Source: an uncultured delta proteobacterium (GTDB lineage: Bacteria; Desulfobacterota; Binatia; UBA9968). From it: a DNA stretch of 64,000 bases. The translations under genes were made by a program, and so were the position numbers. The notes beneath the pieces were generated by a model. It saw only the letters and a list, made by a program, of their open reading frames with translations, was not told the origin of the DNA and did no database searches. The stretch is taken from the NCBI GenBank assembly GCA_963760795.1, contig CAVXEP010000007.1, positions 104,146-168,145 of the forward strand, in the 5' to 3' direction. Numbering within the stretch: the first letter of the stretch is position 1; each line of letters starts with the position of its first letter. Positions 10,052 to 20,603 of this stretch are shown here, in pieces.

Positions 10052-12428
10052 TCAACTCTTCTGGGTTACTTCCACACCATCGCCCGGATGCCACTTGATC
10101 GGCGCGGGAAATTTAAAGTCGGGAATCGAAGTCGCTTTCAGCCGGCCGTCGAGGGCGCGCAGGATCTTGTCCGGCGTGATCGGCACTTCATGGATGCGCA
10201 CGCCGATGGCGTCATAGAGCGCATTGGCAACCGCGGGAACCACCGGCAGGAGCGGACCCTGGCCGGCTTCCTTGGCGCCGTAGGGGCCTTCGGGATCGAT
10301 GGTCTCGACCAAAATCGTTTCAATCTCCGGCGTCTCCAACGTCGTCGGACTTTTGTATTCCAGAATCGACGGAATTTTATGCAGACCGTTTTTGCGGAAG
10401 ATCTGCTCTTCCATCAGCGCCTCGCCGAGAGCCATGTAAACACTGCCTTCGGTTTGACCTTCGACGAGCAGCGGATTGAAGGCGCGGCCACAGTCGTGGG
10501 CGATCCAAATTTTATCGATTTTAATCTCGCCGGTGGCGCTGTCGCAGTGCAGCTCGACGATAGAAGAAGTAAAACTATAGGCCGGCGTGGGGCCGACGCC
10601 CGAGCCTTTGAAGTCGCGCGGGTTCTTGGGCGGCCAATAGCTGCCCGTGGCGCCCAGCGCGCCGTGTTTGCTCTCCGCCTTGACTACGGCATCGGCAAAG
10701 CTTATGCCGCGCTCCCGCAGGCTTGCGCTGCGAACTTTGCCTTCGGCAAATTCGAGATCATCCGGCGGAACCTCCAACGCTTCGCTCGCCGCTTCGAGGA
10801 GCAGGGGCTTGAGCTTGGCGCAAGCCTGAATCGCTGCGTTTCCGGTCATTACGGTCACGCGGCTGGAATAGCTGCCGAGATCCACCGGCGTGAGATCGGT
10901 ATCGGCGGTCAACACCCGGATGTCGCCGGGGTCGATGCCGAACTCTTCGGCCACGGCGTAAGCCAGAATGGAATCCGATCCCTGGCCGATGTCGATGGAG
11001 CCGCAAAAAACCGCGACGCCGCCGCTGCGGTCGAGCTTAATCTGCACGCCGGAGTGAGGCATGTTGTTCCAATAAATCGGCAATCCCGCGCCGCTGATGT
11101 AGGAGCTCGCCGCGAAGCCGACGCCGTGGCCGAACGGCAGCTGGCGAAATTTTTTCTTCCACTCGGCGCGCTCGGCGACGCGTTCGGTGCATTCGCGTAG
11201 CCCCGTGCTGCTGACGCGCAAACCGTTCACCGTGATGCTGTTGGGCTTGACGAGCTGTTTGAGCCGCAACTCGATCGGGTCGAGGTTGAGTTTCTCGGCG
11301 ATTTCATCGAGCTGAATCTCCAGCGCGAAGCGCGGCTGCGGCGTGCCGTGGCCACGCTTCGGTCCGCAGGCCGGCTTATTGGTAAAAACTCGCACGCCCT
11401 CGAACTTATAAGCCGGCACTTCGTAAGTCACCGTCTGCAGCGCGCCGGTATAATAGACCGAAGCCAAGCCGTAGCTGCTGTAGCCGCCGCCGTCGAGATA
11501 GGTTTTATACTGCATCGCCTGGATCGTGCCGTCGTTCTTCACGCCGGTCTTGGCGAACATCTTGACCGGGTGGCGGCCGCGATGGACGTAAAACGTTTCC
11601 TCCCGTGTGAGCGTGATCTTCACCGGCCGTCTGGTGATCATCGAGAGTTTGGCCGCGCAGATCTCGTGCGAAAAAGGATCGCTCTTGCCGCCGAAGCCGC
11701 CGCCGACCGGAGTTGCGACAACGCGTATTCTGCTCGCGGGTAATCCCAGAACTTTCGCCAAGGTGCGATGGACATAATGCGGCGTCTGCGTCGAAGACCA
11801 CAACGTGAGCTTGTCATCGGGGCCGTAGAAGGCCACCGCGGCGTATTGCTCCATCGGTAGATGAGTATTGCCCTGGTAGAAAAATGTCCCCTCTAAAACA
11901 AAATCTGAGCCGGCGAAGCCGCCGTCGACGTCGCCGAATTCGAACGACACGGCCTTTTGAATGTTGGCGTGACGGTTCCAGGTATGAATCCGTTCGCTCT
12001 CTTCGGTGCAAGCCAGCGCTTCTTCGATGGAAAGAATCGGTTTCAGGACCTCGTACTCGACGTCAATGCAAGCCGAGCGCTTTTTCGGCTATACTCTCGC
12101 TCGCCGCAGCCACTGCCGCCACCGGATCGCCGGCGTAACGGACTTTGTCAATCGCCAGCGCCTCTTCGTCTTCGGTCGAAGGCATGATGCCGAATTTTTG
12201 CGGCAGGTCCGCTCCGGTGAGCACGGCGAACACACCGTCGAGTTTGACTGCCCGCGCGATATTGACGCCAAGCACCCGCGCGTGCGGGTGGGGACTGCGC
12301 AAAAGTTTGGCATACAGGGTGCGCGGCAGATTGAGATCGTCGGCGAAGACGGTGGTGCCGGCGCATTTCGCCATGGCGTCGATCTTGCGCAGCGGCTTGC
12401 CGATTACCGACAGAGTCTGCTTTTTCAT
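10052..12428 (-). CDS. hcrA: Xanthine dehydrogenase-family molybdopterin subunit, HcrA-like (one frameshift ~12067)
   Basis: SVIGKPLRKID, RSPHPHARV, VGGGFGGK, RGHGTPQ, DIGQG, YSSR, VEGQTEG, GPYGAKEAGQ. Confidence 0.8.
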
Positions 12429-12934
12429 TTGCTTATTTCCTGAGCCGCGAGCTCCACCGCTTGCAAGATTTTCGTGTAGCCGGTGCAGCGGCAGAGATTT
12501 CCCGACAAGGCTTGGCGGATTTCCTGCCGCGTCGGATGCGGATTGGCGTTCAACAACGCCTTGGCCGTGAGCAGGATTCCAGGGATGCAATAACCGCACT
12601 GGGCCGCACCCAAGTCGGCAAAGGCGGTTTGCAGCGGATGGGGTTTGCCATCTTGCATCAATCCCTCAACGCTGGTGATCTCGGCGTCGACTGCTTCAAT
12701 GCCGAGCATCAGACAGGAAAGCACCGGCTGGCCGTCAACCAGCACGGCGCAAGTGCCGCACTCGCCGACTTCGCACCCATGTTTGGTGCCGGTCAGCCCC
12801 AGATCTTCGCGCAGAACTTCCAATAGAGTCTTGTTGATTTCCGTGGCGGTCTCGTGCAGCTCGCCATTGACACGCAGCCGAAGAAGGATCTTGCCGGCAG
12901 GCTGATGATCGCGGGGCTTTTTTCTCGGTGGCAT
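12425..12934 (-). CDS. hcrC: (2Fe-2S)-binding small subunit, HcrC/CoxS-like
   Basis: GTKHGCEVGECGTC, QCGYC, NLCRCTGY. Confidence 0.85.
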   Translation of the reverse strand: MPPRKKPRDHQPAGKILLRLRVNGELHETATEINKTLLEVLREDLGLTGTKHGCEVGECGTCAVLVDGQPVLSCLMLGIEAVDAEITSVEGLMQDGKPHPLQTAFADLGAAQCGYCIPGILLTAKALLNANPHPTRQEIRQALSGNLCRCTGYTKILQAVELAAQEISK

Positions 12935-12946
12935 GTTCACGGCGAT

Positions 12947-14221
12947 CTACAGTTTGAAAAACCGTCTGGCTTTAAGTTCAAATCGCGGCAATGTTCCCGG
13001 CGCGACCAAGTCAACATCGGCGCGCAGCCCGATGCGCTGGCGCAACCGCTGGGAAATTTCCTGGCGCAAGGCGTCGCCGGTGCCGTGAAGCACGCTTGGC
13101 TCGACCACCAGCCTGATCTCGCGCATCGCTTCGCGTTCGAAGACTTCGACGCGAAACTCCTCGATCTCGGCGAACTCACGGATGACGTTTTCCACCGCGC
13201 TGGGAAACACGTTGACGCCGCGCACCACGACCATATCATCGACCCGCCCAAGCACGCCACCTTGCAAGAGCAGGAATGGCCGGCCGCATGGACAGGATGC
13301 ATAACTCGGTTCAACCAGATCGCCGGTGCGGTAGCGGATGACCGGGCTGCCGATCCTGCCCAGGTTGGTGAGCACGAGCTCGCCCTGGTCATTTTCATCC
13401 ACGGGGGCAAGGCTGACGGGATCGACAACTTCGGCGATGAATTCATTCTCGTTGACGTGGACGCCGCCGGTCTGGAACTCGCACTGAAATCCGAAGGCGC
13501 CGACCTCGGTGGCGCCCGGGTGGTCGAAGCAGCGTGCGCCCCAGGATTCTTCGATAATTTTTCGCGTGCTCGGAATGCTCGCTCCAGGCTCGCCGGCGTG
13601 AATGGCGATTCTGACGGCGGAATTTTTGGCTAGATCTATGCCAGCTTTTTTCGCTTCCGCCGCCAGATGGAGCGCGTAGGTCGGCGTGCAGACCAATACG
13701 GTCGCGCCGTAATCGACCATCGATTTCAGCCGCTGCGCGGTCGACTGCGCGCCACCGGAAATCGCCAGCGCGCCGATTTTTCGCGCGCCTTCCCAGCCAG
13801 CCCAGAAGCCGATGAACGGGCCGAACGAGAAAGCGAAATAAATACGATCGTGAGCGCCAACTCCCGCGGCAGCAAAAATTGTTTTCCAGCACTCGGCCCA
13901 CCAATTCCACGACTGTTCGGTATCGAGCCAGTACAAGGGTTTGCCGGTGGTTCCTGAAGTCTGGTGGATGCGGATGTAATCTTGCTGGGCAAAGGTCAGA
14001 TCGCTGCCAAAGGGCGCATGGCGCTGCTGGTCCTCGACCAACTCGCTCTTGGTTGTAAACGGCAGCTCGCGCAAGGACGCCAGCGAATCAATATTTTCAA
14101 CATTGGCCTGGGCAAACTTGCCGCGATAGAATTGATTCGCTGGCAAAAGCCTGTCGAGCATTTCGCCCAGCCGCGCAAGCTGCTGTTGCTCTAGGTGTTC
14201 GCGGCTCGAAGAAACATTCAT
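12947..14221 (-). CDS. Phenylacetate-CoA ligase (PaaK) family protein
   Basis: LPFTTK, TSGTTGKP, AGEPG, GATE, RYRTGD, GRVDDM, GVNVFP. Confidence 0.88.
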   Translation of the reverse strand: MNVSSSREHLEQQQLARLGEMLDRLLPANQFYRGKFAQANVENIDSLASLRELPFTTKSELVEDQQRHAPFGSDLTFAQQDYIRIHQTSGTTGKPLYWLDTEQSWNWWAECWKTIFAAAGVGAHDRIYFAFSFGPFIGFWAGWEGARKIGALAISGGAQSTAQRLKSMVDYGATVLVCTPTYALHLAAEAKKAGIDLAKNSAVRIAIHAGEPGASIPSTRKIIEESWGARCFDHPGATEVGAFGFQCEFQTGGVHVNENEFIAEVVDPVSLAPVDENDQGELVLTNLGRIGSPVIRYRTGDLVEPSYASCPCGRPFLLLQGGVLGRVDDMVVVRGVNVFPSAVENVIREFAEIEEFRVEVFEREAMREIRLVVEPSVLHGTGDALRQEISQRLRQRIGLRADVDLVAPGTLPRFELKARRFFKL

Positions 14222-14233
14222 GGCGATGGCAGA

Positions 14234-15100
14234 CTATGCTTTGCCCGGTTCGATGATTTTCCCCGCTGCGAAATCGACGACCACTTCCCAACCGCGCTCG
14301 GCGAACAGGCGATGGGTTGCTGCGGCGCCGGGAAGAGCGATGCCCGCTTTGCCGGCCAATTCCATGGCTCGGCCGGTGCGCTCGGGGCGTAAATTCAAAC
14401 GATAGCGTTTGTCGCCGAGATTGAAGACGCCGTTGACCAGTTCGTCCAACCGCCAGCTCTGAGCGCAGCCGGCGGAGGCGGCGCGGGCAAAACTTTGCAG
14501 ATCCAGACCCATCTTCTCGGCCAGTTGCAATCCTTCGTAAATCGCCAGTTGGGAGAACGTCTGCATCATCTCGTTGATGATCTTGCCCAGCTGGCCGTTG
14601 CCGTTCTTGCCCAGATAGGTGACCGTGCGGCCGATGATCTGCAGCACCGGCAGGCTCTGCTGGAACGCCTGGTAGCTGCCGCCGACGAATAGAGTCAAGT
14701 TGCCGTTGGTCGCGCCGATATCGGCGCCGCTCAGCGGCGAGTCGAGCATCTCGATGCCGCCCTGGCGCAAGCTTGACGAGATTCTAACCGCCAGCTCCGC
14801 AGCGGTGCTGCTGAGATCGACGAACAAAGGCGCCGGGGTTGCGGCTTTGTCGATGCCCTGTTTGCCCAGGGCAACTTCCTCGAGGTCGCCGGCTTGGAGC
14901 GAAGCGATGACGATGGTCGCATGATCGGCGACTTCGGCGGGGGATCCAGCTTCCAGCGCACCCTCGCGCAAAAGCGGCAGCATTTTTTCTCGCACCAGAT
15001 CGAAAACCGTCAAGGGATAGCCGGCGCGCAAAAGGCGCAGGGCGATCGCCCCGCCCATGTTGCCCAGGCCGATAAAGCCAAGCTGTTCAGGCGTTAGCAT
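14234..15100 (-). CDS. NAD(P)-dependent oxidoreductase, 3-hydroxyisobutyrate dehydrogenase family
   Basis: GFIGLGNMG, DSPLSG, GNGQLGKIIN. Confidence 0.88.
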   Translation of the reverse strand: MLTPEQLGFIGLGNMGGAIALRLLRAGYPLTVFDLVREKMLPLLREGALEAGSPAEVADHATIVIASLQAGDLEEVALGKQGIDKAATPAPLFVDLSSTAAELAVRISSSLRQGGIEMLDSPLSGADIGATNGNLTLFVGGSYQAFQQSLPVLQIIGRTVTYLGKNGNGQLGKIINEMMQTFSQLAIYEGLQLAEKMGLDLQSFARAASAGCAQSWRLDELVNGVFNLGDKRYRLNLRPERTGRAMELAGKAGIALPGAAATHRLFAERGWEVVVDFAAGKIIEPGKA

Positions 15101-15111
15101 GACGATGCTTT

Positions 15112-16323
15112 CTAACCGAGCTTGGAGATGCTCTCTTGAAGCTCAGGGATGAGATCGCGGAGTACCTCGGGAACTTTGTCGATGTCATATTCCTGCAGGC
15201 CGATTTCCAGATCGATGCTGGCGAGTTGTGTTTCTAACACGCCTTTGGGCCGCTTGCCGTTGGCCACCGCGGCGATGCCTTCGCGCAGCATTTTGCGCAG
15301 GAGCAAGATGGCGCGGTCGCCGTAGCCGGGATGTTCGAGGGTGCGATCGACGATCGCGCCCTGGCTTTCGACCATGGCTTTGTCTTCCAGCGGAATATTG
15401 CCGCGGATCTCGCCGTAGAATCTACGGTCGTAGGGTTTGCGCTCTCGCTGCTTGGCCTTTTCGACGTAGCCGCCGTGATAACTTTTCTGCTCGGGCGCTT
15501 TGGAATAGACGGTGAGGCGCATCTCCTCGCAGTGGGTATCGTCGATGGGCAGAAGCCAAATCGCCTGCTGGATCGGCTGCTCAAGTCCGCCGCCTTCGTC
15601 CCAGGGTTCGCGCGACTTGCGGTTGATGTTGGGAAGCACGGTACAACGCCGGCGCACTTGTACCCTGTTGGGCGTCGCGCCGGGCGAGACGATGTAGATC
15701 GTCACGCCGTAGTCGCTCTCCACGGCTTTAAAGATCGGACATTGTTTATAGATGCCGTGGAGATAAGTCATGTGCGTGGTGTCGGTGGTGTTCTCCGCGC
15801 CCTGAAGCCAATTGCAGCTGTAGCCTTTGCCGAGCCGGGTGTCGCCCCGTTCGGCGACGCGATGGCCATCCATCACCAAGACATCGTAGCGCGGCAGCGG
15901 CGGCGGATTGGTTTTTTCCGGTCCCATGTAGGCAAAGACAAAGCCGCCCAACTCCTCGACCGGATACCAGGGATGGCGAATGTTGGGCGCGCTCTTGATC
16001 GGTTCGGCGGGGCGGTCGACGATGTTGCCCTTCCGGTCGTAACACCAGCCATGATAGGCGCAACGAATGCCGTGATTTTCAATGATGCCGTACTCCAAAG
16101 AAGCTCTTCGATGAGCGCACTGGCGTCCGAGCAGGGTTAGAGAGCCGGAGAGATCGCGAAACAGCACCAGCTGTTCACCCAGGGCGTCGACCGGCACCGG
16201 AATGTCTTTGACTTCGTCGGAGAGCGCCACCGGCCACCAAAATTGGCGCAAATAGTTGCCGCCGAGACTTCCCGGCCCGACCTTCACGATGTCGTCCCAA
16301 CTGAGATCGCTCGCTGTGGTCAT
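15112..16323 (-). CDS. Rieske non-heme iron oxygenase alpha subunit (phthalate dioxygenase-like)
   Basis: CAHRR and CAYHGW; ENTTDTTHMTYLH; EDKAMVESQG. Confidence 0.9.
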   Translation of the reverse strand: MTTASDLSWDDIVKVGPGSLGGNYLRQFWWPVALSDEVKDIPVPVDALGEQLVLFRDLSGSLTLLGRQCAHRRASLEYGIIENHGIRCAYHGWCYDRKGNIVDRPAEPIKSAPNIRHPWYPVEELGGFVFAYMGPEKTNPPPLPRYDVLVMDGHRVAERGDTRLGKGYSCNWLQGAENTTDTTHMTYLHGIYKQCPIFKAVESDYGVTIYIVSPGATPNRVQVRRRCTVLPNINRKSREPWDEGGGLEQPIQQAIWLLPIDDTHCEEMRLTVYSKAPEQKSYHGGYVEKAKQRERKPYDRRFYGEIRGNIPLEDKAMVESQGAIVDRTLEHPGYGDRAILLLRKMLREGIAAVANGKRPKGVLETQLASIDLEIGLQEYDIDKVPEVLRDLIPELQESISKLG

Positions 16324-16451
16324 CTATTTTTACCTCCGTTCATAATCCACCGTGGCACACGAAGATTTTGCAGAACTCTTTCCCATTTTGTTGCGGCTCT
16401 GCTGCGCCAGGCTCGTTGTGATTAATTCGTTTTCCGCTGTTCCACGGCGGT

Positions 16452-17435
16452 TTAGCGATACAGCTGTTGAAAAAACCCTTCCCGTTCGAGATTGCGCAAG
16501 ATCGTGTCGTCGTAAAATTCTTCCGGCTTGGCCGTTTTGGCGCGGGGCTCGTCGGACAGGCTTTCCAACGCCAGGCGAATGCCGTTAAGGGTCGGATAGG
16601 GAATGCGCGGCATCTTGGGCGCGAACAGATTGTAGGTTTCGTCGAGAATTCCTTGATCCTGAACCCGCAGGTACTTTCCCATCACGCGCTTGGTAAACGC
16701 ACCATCGGTCTTGTAGCGGTGCAGGCCTTCGGCATAGCCCATGAGAAATCGGCGCGCCATGTCCGGCTGGGTCTGGAGAAAACGGTCGGTGACGGTCACG
16801 TTGGAATTGGGAAACTCGAGGCCGATGTCGGAGAAATCCACCAGCTCTTTGAATCCCTTTCTGATCGCTGCGGCCGTGGTCGGGTAAGATAGTACGCCGC
16901 CGTGAATCGCGCCGGTCTGGAGCGCGACGAAGATCCCCTGGGCCTCGCCGAACTGGAGAAAAGTAACATCGCGATCCGCAATGTTGTGCTTTTTCAAAAG
17001 ATAACGCATGCCGAAGTCGGTATTGCTGCCGAAGCGCGAGATGCCCAGACGTTTGCCTTTCAAGTCGGTCATGCTGCGAATGTCGGTCTGAGTAATCATC
17101 GACAGCGCGAGAGTATTAAAAGCCACCGCGATGATTTTTATTTCCGCGCCGCGCAGCCGGGCGCCCAACGGCGCGGCGCCGCCCACCTGGCCAATCTTGA
17201 TATCGCCGCCGACCAGGGCCTGGACCATCTTGGTGCCGGTGCTGATGTAGATCAGATCCACATCGAGACCGTGGCGCTGAAACGCGCCCGCCTCCTTGGC
17301 GAGCCAAAGCACGGCTTGGGTTCCCGACAGAGAGCTGTAGGCCGCGACCAATTTCTGCCCGCTCTGCGCCGCGACTAGCCTAGCGCAGCCGATTACGACA
17401 AGCAGGAAAATGCTGGCGCAACGGAAGGGTGTCAT
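16452..17435 (-). CDS. ABC substrate-binding protein, NitT/TauT (SsuA-like)
   Basis: Signal peptide; FQRHGLDV, DLKGKRLGISRFGS, EREGFF. Confidence 0.88.
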   Translation of the reverse strand: MTPFRCASIFLLVVIGCARLVAAQSGQKLVAAYSSLSGTQAVLWLAKEAGAFQRHGLDVDLIYISTGTKMVQALVGGDIKIGQVGGAAPLGARLRGAEIKIIAVAFNTLALSMITQTDIRSMTDLKGKRLGISRFGSNTDFGMRYLLKKHNIADRDVTFLQFGEAQGIFVALQTGAIHGGVLSYPTTAAAIRKGFKELVDFSDIGLEFPNSNVTVTDRFLQTQPDMARRFLMGYAEGLHRYKTDGAFTKRVMGKYLRVQDQGILDETYNLFAPKMPRIPYPTLNGIRLALESLSDEPRAKTAKPEEFYDDTILRNLEREGFFQQLYR

Positions 17436-17535
17436 TTCGCTCCGACTCTACGCGAGCGGCAAAGTTCAAGTCAAGGAAGTGACCAGCGTGAGTTTGCCTT
17501 GACAAGCACAACCGTGCATAGGAGATTTGCCTGCC

Positions 17536-18510
17536 ATGGCCAAGATCGTTTTAGGACTGGCGACCTCGCACAGCCCGATGCTGTGCGTGCCGTCGAACCA
17601 GTGGGTGACGAGCTACGGTGCCAAGGATCAGCATGATCCGAGCTTGCCGCACTACCCCGAGCTGCACCGGCAAAATTCCGCGCGGCTCGTGGCAGAGATA
17701 ACCGCTGAAAAATGTCAGGAGCGGTTCGCCCTGGTGCAGGGAGCCATGGACCGGATGGCGAAAACCTTGCAACGAATCTCCCCGGACGCCGTGATCGTCA
17801 TCGGCGACGATCATCACGAAATGTTTCCCGAAGATCACATGCCCGCGGTCAACGTCTATTGGGGCGACAAGTATTTAAATTCCCCCGCGGACATGGAAAG
17901 GATTCCACCCTTTCGCCGCGCCGGCATGTGGGCCTATCATCCGCAGGAGCCGGAGTGGTATCCCTGCGACGCCGAGCTGGGACTGCGGTTGATCGAGTCG
18001 CTGATCGAGCAACAGTTCGATATCGCGCACTCGCGCGCGGTGTCGTCGGATCGCGGCATCGGCCATGCGTTTAACTTCATCGTGCGCCGCTTCATGTCGG
18101 CGATCGAACCGATCCCGCTGGTGCCGATTTTTCTCAATACCTATTTCCCGCCGACCCAACCCACCGTGCGGCGCTGCTACGCGTTCGGCATGGCGCTGCG
18201 GCAAGCGGTGGAAAGTTGGGATGCCGACAAGACCGTTGCCGTGGTCGCTTCTGGTGGCTTGTCCCACTTCGTCATCGATGAAGCGATGGACCGCGCCCTG
18301 CTCGCCGCCATGGCGCAAAAAGATCGGGCCGCGCTCTGCCGCTGGCCGGAGCAAATCTTTCAGTCGGGCACCTCGGAGATCAAGACCTGGATGGTTCTTG
18401 CCGGCGCCATGGAACAGACCGCGCTCCAAATGGGCTTGATCGATTACGTTACCTGCTACCGCTCGCTGGCCGGCACCGGCGTCGGCGCCGGATTCGCCGA
18501 GTGGGTGTGA
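17536..18510 (+). CDS. Class III extradiol ring-cleavage dioxygenase (LigB family)
   Basis: ATSHSP, IGDDH, GHAF, ASGGLSH, SGTSEIKTW. Confidence 0.88.
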   Translation: MAKIVLGLATSHSPMLCVPSNQWVTSYGAKDQHDPSLPHYPELHRQNSARLVAEITAEKCQERFALVQGAMDRMAKTLQRISPDAVIVIGDDHHEMFPEDHMPAVNVYWGDKYLNSPADMERIPPFRRAGMWAYHPQEPEWYPCDAELGLRLIESLIEQQFDIAHSRAVSSDRGIGHAFNFIVRRFMSAIEPIPLVPIFLNTYFPPTQPTVRRCYAFGMALRQAVESWDADKTVAVVASGGLSHFVIDEAMDRALLAAMAQKDRAALCRWPEQIFQSGTSEIKTWMVLAGAMEQTALQMGLIDYVTCYRSLAGTGVGAGFAEWV

Positions 18511-18728
18511 TTGAGCCATCGGCGTCGCGTCGCATTCGAAAATTTTTCGCCGAGTCTGAGCACACTTCATGCCGCCAGAAGTTTTTTAATCGCTGTAACC
18601 GAGATAGAACTGCAAGGCGATCCATCCGAAGCCCGCACAAGACAGGCGAGTGCTTGACGCTACTCAGCCTTGCCCTGGTCATTCGCCTTGTTATAACCTG
18701 CCCCTCTCAAGCTATAGTCGGGAAACCC

Positions 18729-19535
18729 ATGGCGGCATTAACCAAGATCGAAATTCGCGATGTCGAGCATGTCTACCAAAGCGACTTCGCAACCGTCCCG
18801 GCATTGGCGAGCGTGAGTCTTACGGTCGGCGACGGCGAATTTGTCGCGCTGTTGGGGCCAAGCGGCTGCGGCAAGTCCTCGCTGTTACGCATCGTCGCGG
18901 AGCTGTTGCGACCGACGGCCGGCTCCGTGCAAATTTTTTCTTCAAGCGGTTTAGTTCAACAAGGCAACGGCCGGCCAAAAACCGCGCTGGTGTTTCAAGA
19001 GTATGCGCTATTTCCCTGGCGCACGGTCCTCGATAATGTCACCTTCCCGCTGGAGATGCGCGGCATGACCCGTCATGACGGTCTGACTCGGGCAGGCGCG
19101 GTGTTGGCGCGCGTAGGGCTGCAACCGTTCGCCGGCGCTTACCCGCATCAGCTCTCAGGCGGCATGCGTCAGCGCGTCGGCATCGCCCGCGCCCTGGCGG
19201 CCGAGCCTGAGGTGCTGCTGATGGATGAACCGTTCGGCGCGCTCGATGCGCAGACCCGCACGGTGCTGCAAGAAGAACTGCTGCGGGTGTGGGAAAGCGA
19301 GCGCAAAACCGTTCTCTACGTTACCCACAGCATCGACGAAGCCGTCTATCTGGCCGACCGCATCGTGCTCCTGACGGCGCGCCCTGGGCGGATCAAAGCC
19401 GAGTATGCGGTAGAGTTGCCGCGCCCGCGCCATATGGAGATGCGCGGTTGGAGTACCTACACGAAGTTGTCGTTGGAAATTTGGCACGCGCTCAAAGACG
19501 AAGTGGATATGGCGTTGGCTTCGGAAGTGCCATGA
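18729..19535 (+). CDS. ABC ATP-binding protein, NitT/TauT family
   Basis: GPSGCGKS, LSGGMRQR, LMDEPF, VTH; start moved to MAALTK. Confidence 0.92.
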   Translation: MAALTKIEIRDVEHVYQSDFATVPALASVSLTVGDGEFVALLGPSGCGKSSLLRIVAELLRPTAGSVQIFSSSGLVQQGNGRPKTALVFQEYALFPWRTVLDNVTFPLEMRGMTRHDGLTRAGAVLARVGLQPFAGAYPHQLSGGMRQRVGIARALAAEPEVLLMDEPFGALDAQTRTVLQEELLRVWESERKTVLYVTHSIDEAVYLADRIVLLTARPGRIKAEYAVELPRPRHMEMRGWSTYTKLSLEIWHALKDEVDMALASEVP

Positions 19536-19569
19536 CTCGCGCAAGTAATGGCAACAGGGCGGTGGTGCG

Positions 19570-19800
19570 GCCTTTGCGAACTTCGCGTGCCTGGCGCGAA
19601 CCAAATCCGAATCCGGAGAAGAAATTTTCTCGCAAAGGCGCAAAGACGCCAAGGTAAGATTCGGATTTTTTCGGGGTCGGTTCGATCCCTAAACTTTGCG
19701 CCTTGGCGTCTTGGCGAGAGTAATATCCGAATTCCGAGAAGAATTATCTCGCGCAAAGCATTTCCTGAGCACCGTCGAAGGGAGCGCAATGGACGCCAAG
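19570..19800. repeat. CGCAAAG.CGCAAAG.CGCCAAG repeat cluster, one unit carrying a CCTGAGC..GTCGAAGGG insert
   Basis: ctcgcaaaggcgcaaagacgccaag and ctttgcgccttggcgtcttggcgag; related copy at 52803-52950. Confidence 0.7.
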
Positions 19801-19811
19801 CTCGGAGAGTA

Positions 19812-20603
19812 ATGATGTCTTCTGGCCTTTTATCTCGCGAGGTCACTATTCCGCTGGCGACTTCGCTTGCCATGCTCGCCGCTTGGGAAACCCTGGTCCA
19901 CGCCGGCTTGCTGCGCGCCGCCTTCTTTCCGGCGCCGACGCACATCGCTCACACCCTTTTCAGCTTGGCCTTGAGTGGCGAGTTGTGGCTTCATATTGCG
20001 ACGACGTTAGCGCGTCTGATTGCCTCGTTCCTGATGGCAGTGATACCCGGCACGGCGCTCGGCCTGGCGATGGGCTGGTGGCTCGAGATGCGCCTGGCAG
20101 CCGATCCGCTCGTGCGGCTCTTGTTTCCGATCCCGAGCATCGCTTTTTTCCCGGTGGTGATTTTCTATTTCGGTCTGAGCGAATGGGGCTTGCTTCTGAC
20201 CGCCGCGATCACGCCGTTTCTCTTGATCACGGTGCAGGCCGCCGCGGCCGTCGAGGGATTGGAGCGGACGCTCTTGGAAGCAGGGCGGAATTATGGCGCC
20301 ACCGGACGGCGGCTGTTCATGCGCGTGATACTGCCGGCGGCGCTGCCGCAGCTGTTCATCGGTTACCGCCTCGCTCTAGGAGTCGGCTTCATCGTCACCG
20401 TGGCGGTGGAAATGATCGCGGCTAAACATGGACTAGGCGGTTTTCTCTGGCACTCCTGGCAGATCCTGCGCATCGAGGAAATGTATGTCGGTCTGGCGCT
20501 GATCGGGCTGCTCGGAATTGTCGTAACCTACGGATTGGCAGCGCTCGCGGACCGCTTAATGCCGTGGCAAGTCGATTTGTTACGCTCGAAGGGACAGCGG
20601 TAA
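19812..20603 (+). CDS. ABC permease, NitT/TauT family
   Basis: Hydrophobic; FFPAP, LLEAGRNYGA (EAA loop), AVEMIA. Confidence 0.9.
   Translation: MMSSGLLSREVTIPLATSLAMLAAWETLVHAGLLRAAFFPAPTHIAHTLFSLALSGELWLHIATTLARLIASFLMAVIPGTALGLAMGWWLEMRLAADPLVRLLFPIPSIAFFPVVIFYFGLSEWGLLLTAAITPFLLITVQAAAAVEGLERTLLEAGRNYGATGRRLFMRVILPAALPQLFIGYRLALGVGFIVTVAVEMIAAKHGLGGFLWHSWQILRIEEMYVGLALIGLLGIVVTYGLAALADRLMPWQVDLLRSKGQR

Noticed and set aside
9932-11200. Long antisense ORFs (also 7777..8805, 40357..41625, 53083..54051)
   Set aside because: Shadow frames of high-GC genes with no recognisable motifs
10052-12428. Aerobic CO dehydrogenase CoxL
   Set aside because: Lacks the AYXCSFR motif; has ACGPKRGHG, and the FAD subunit is HcrB-like
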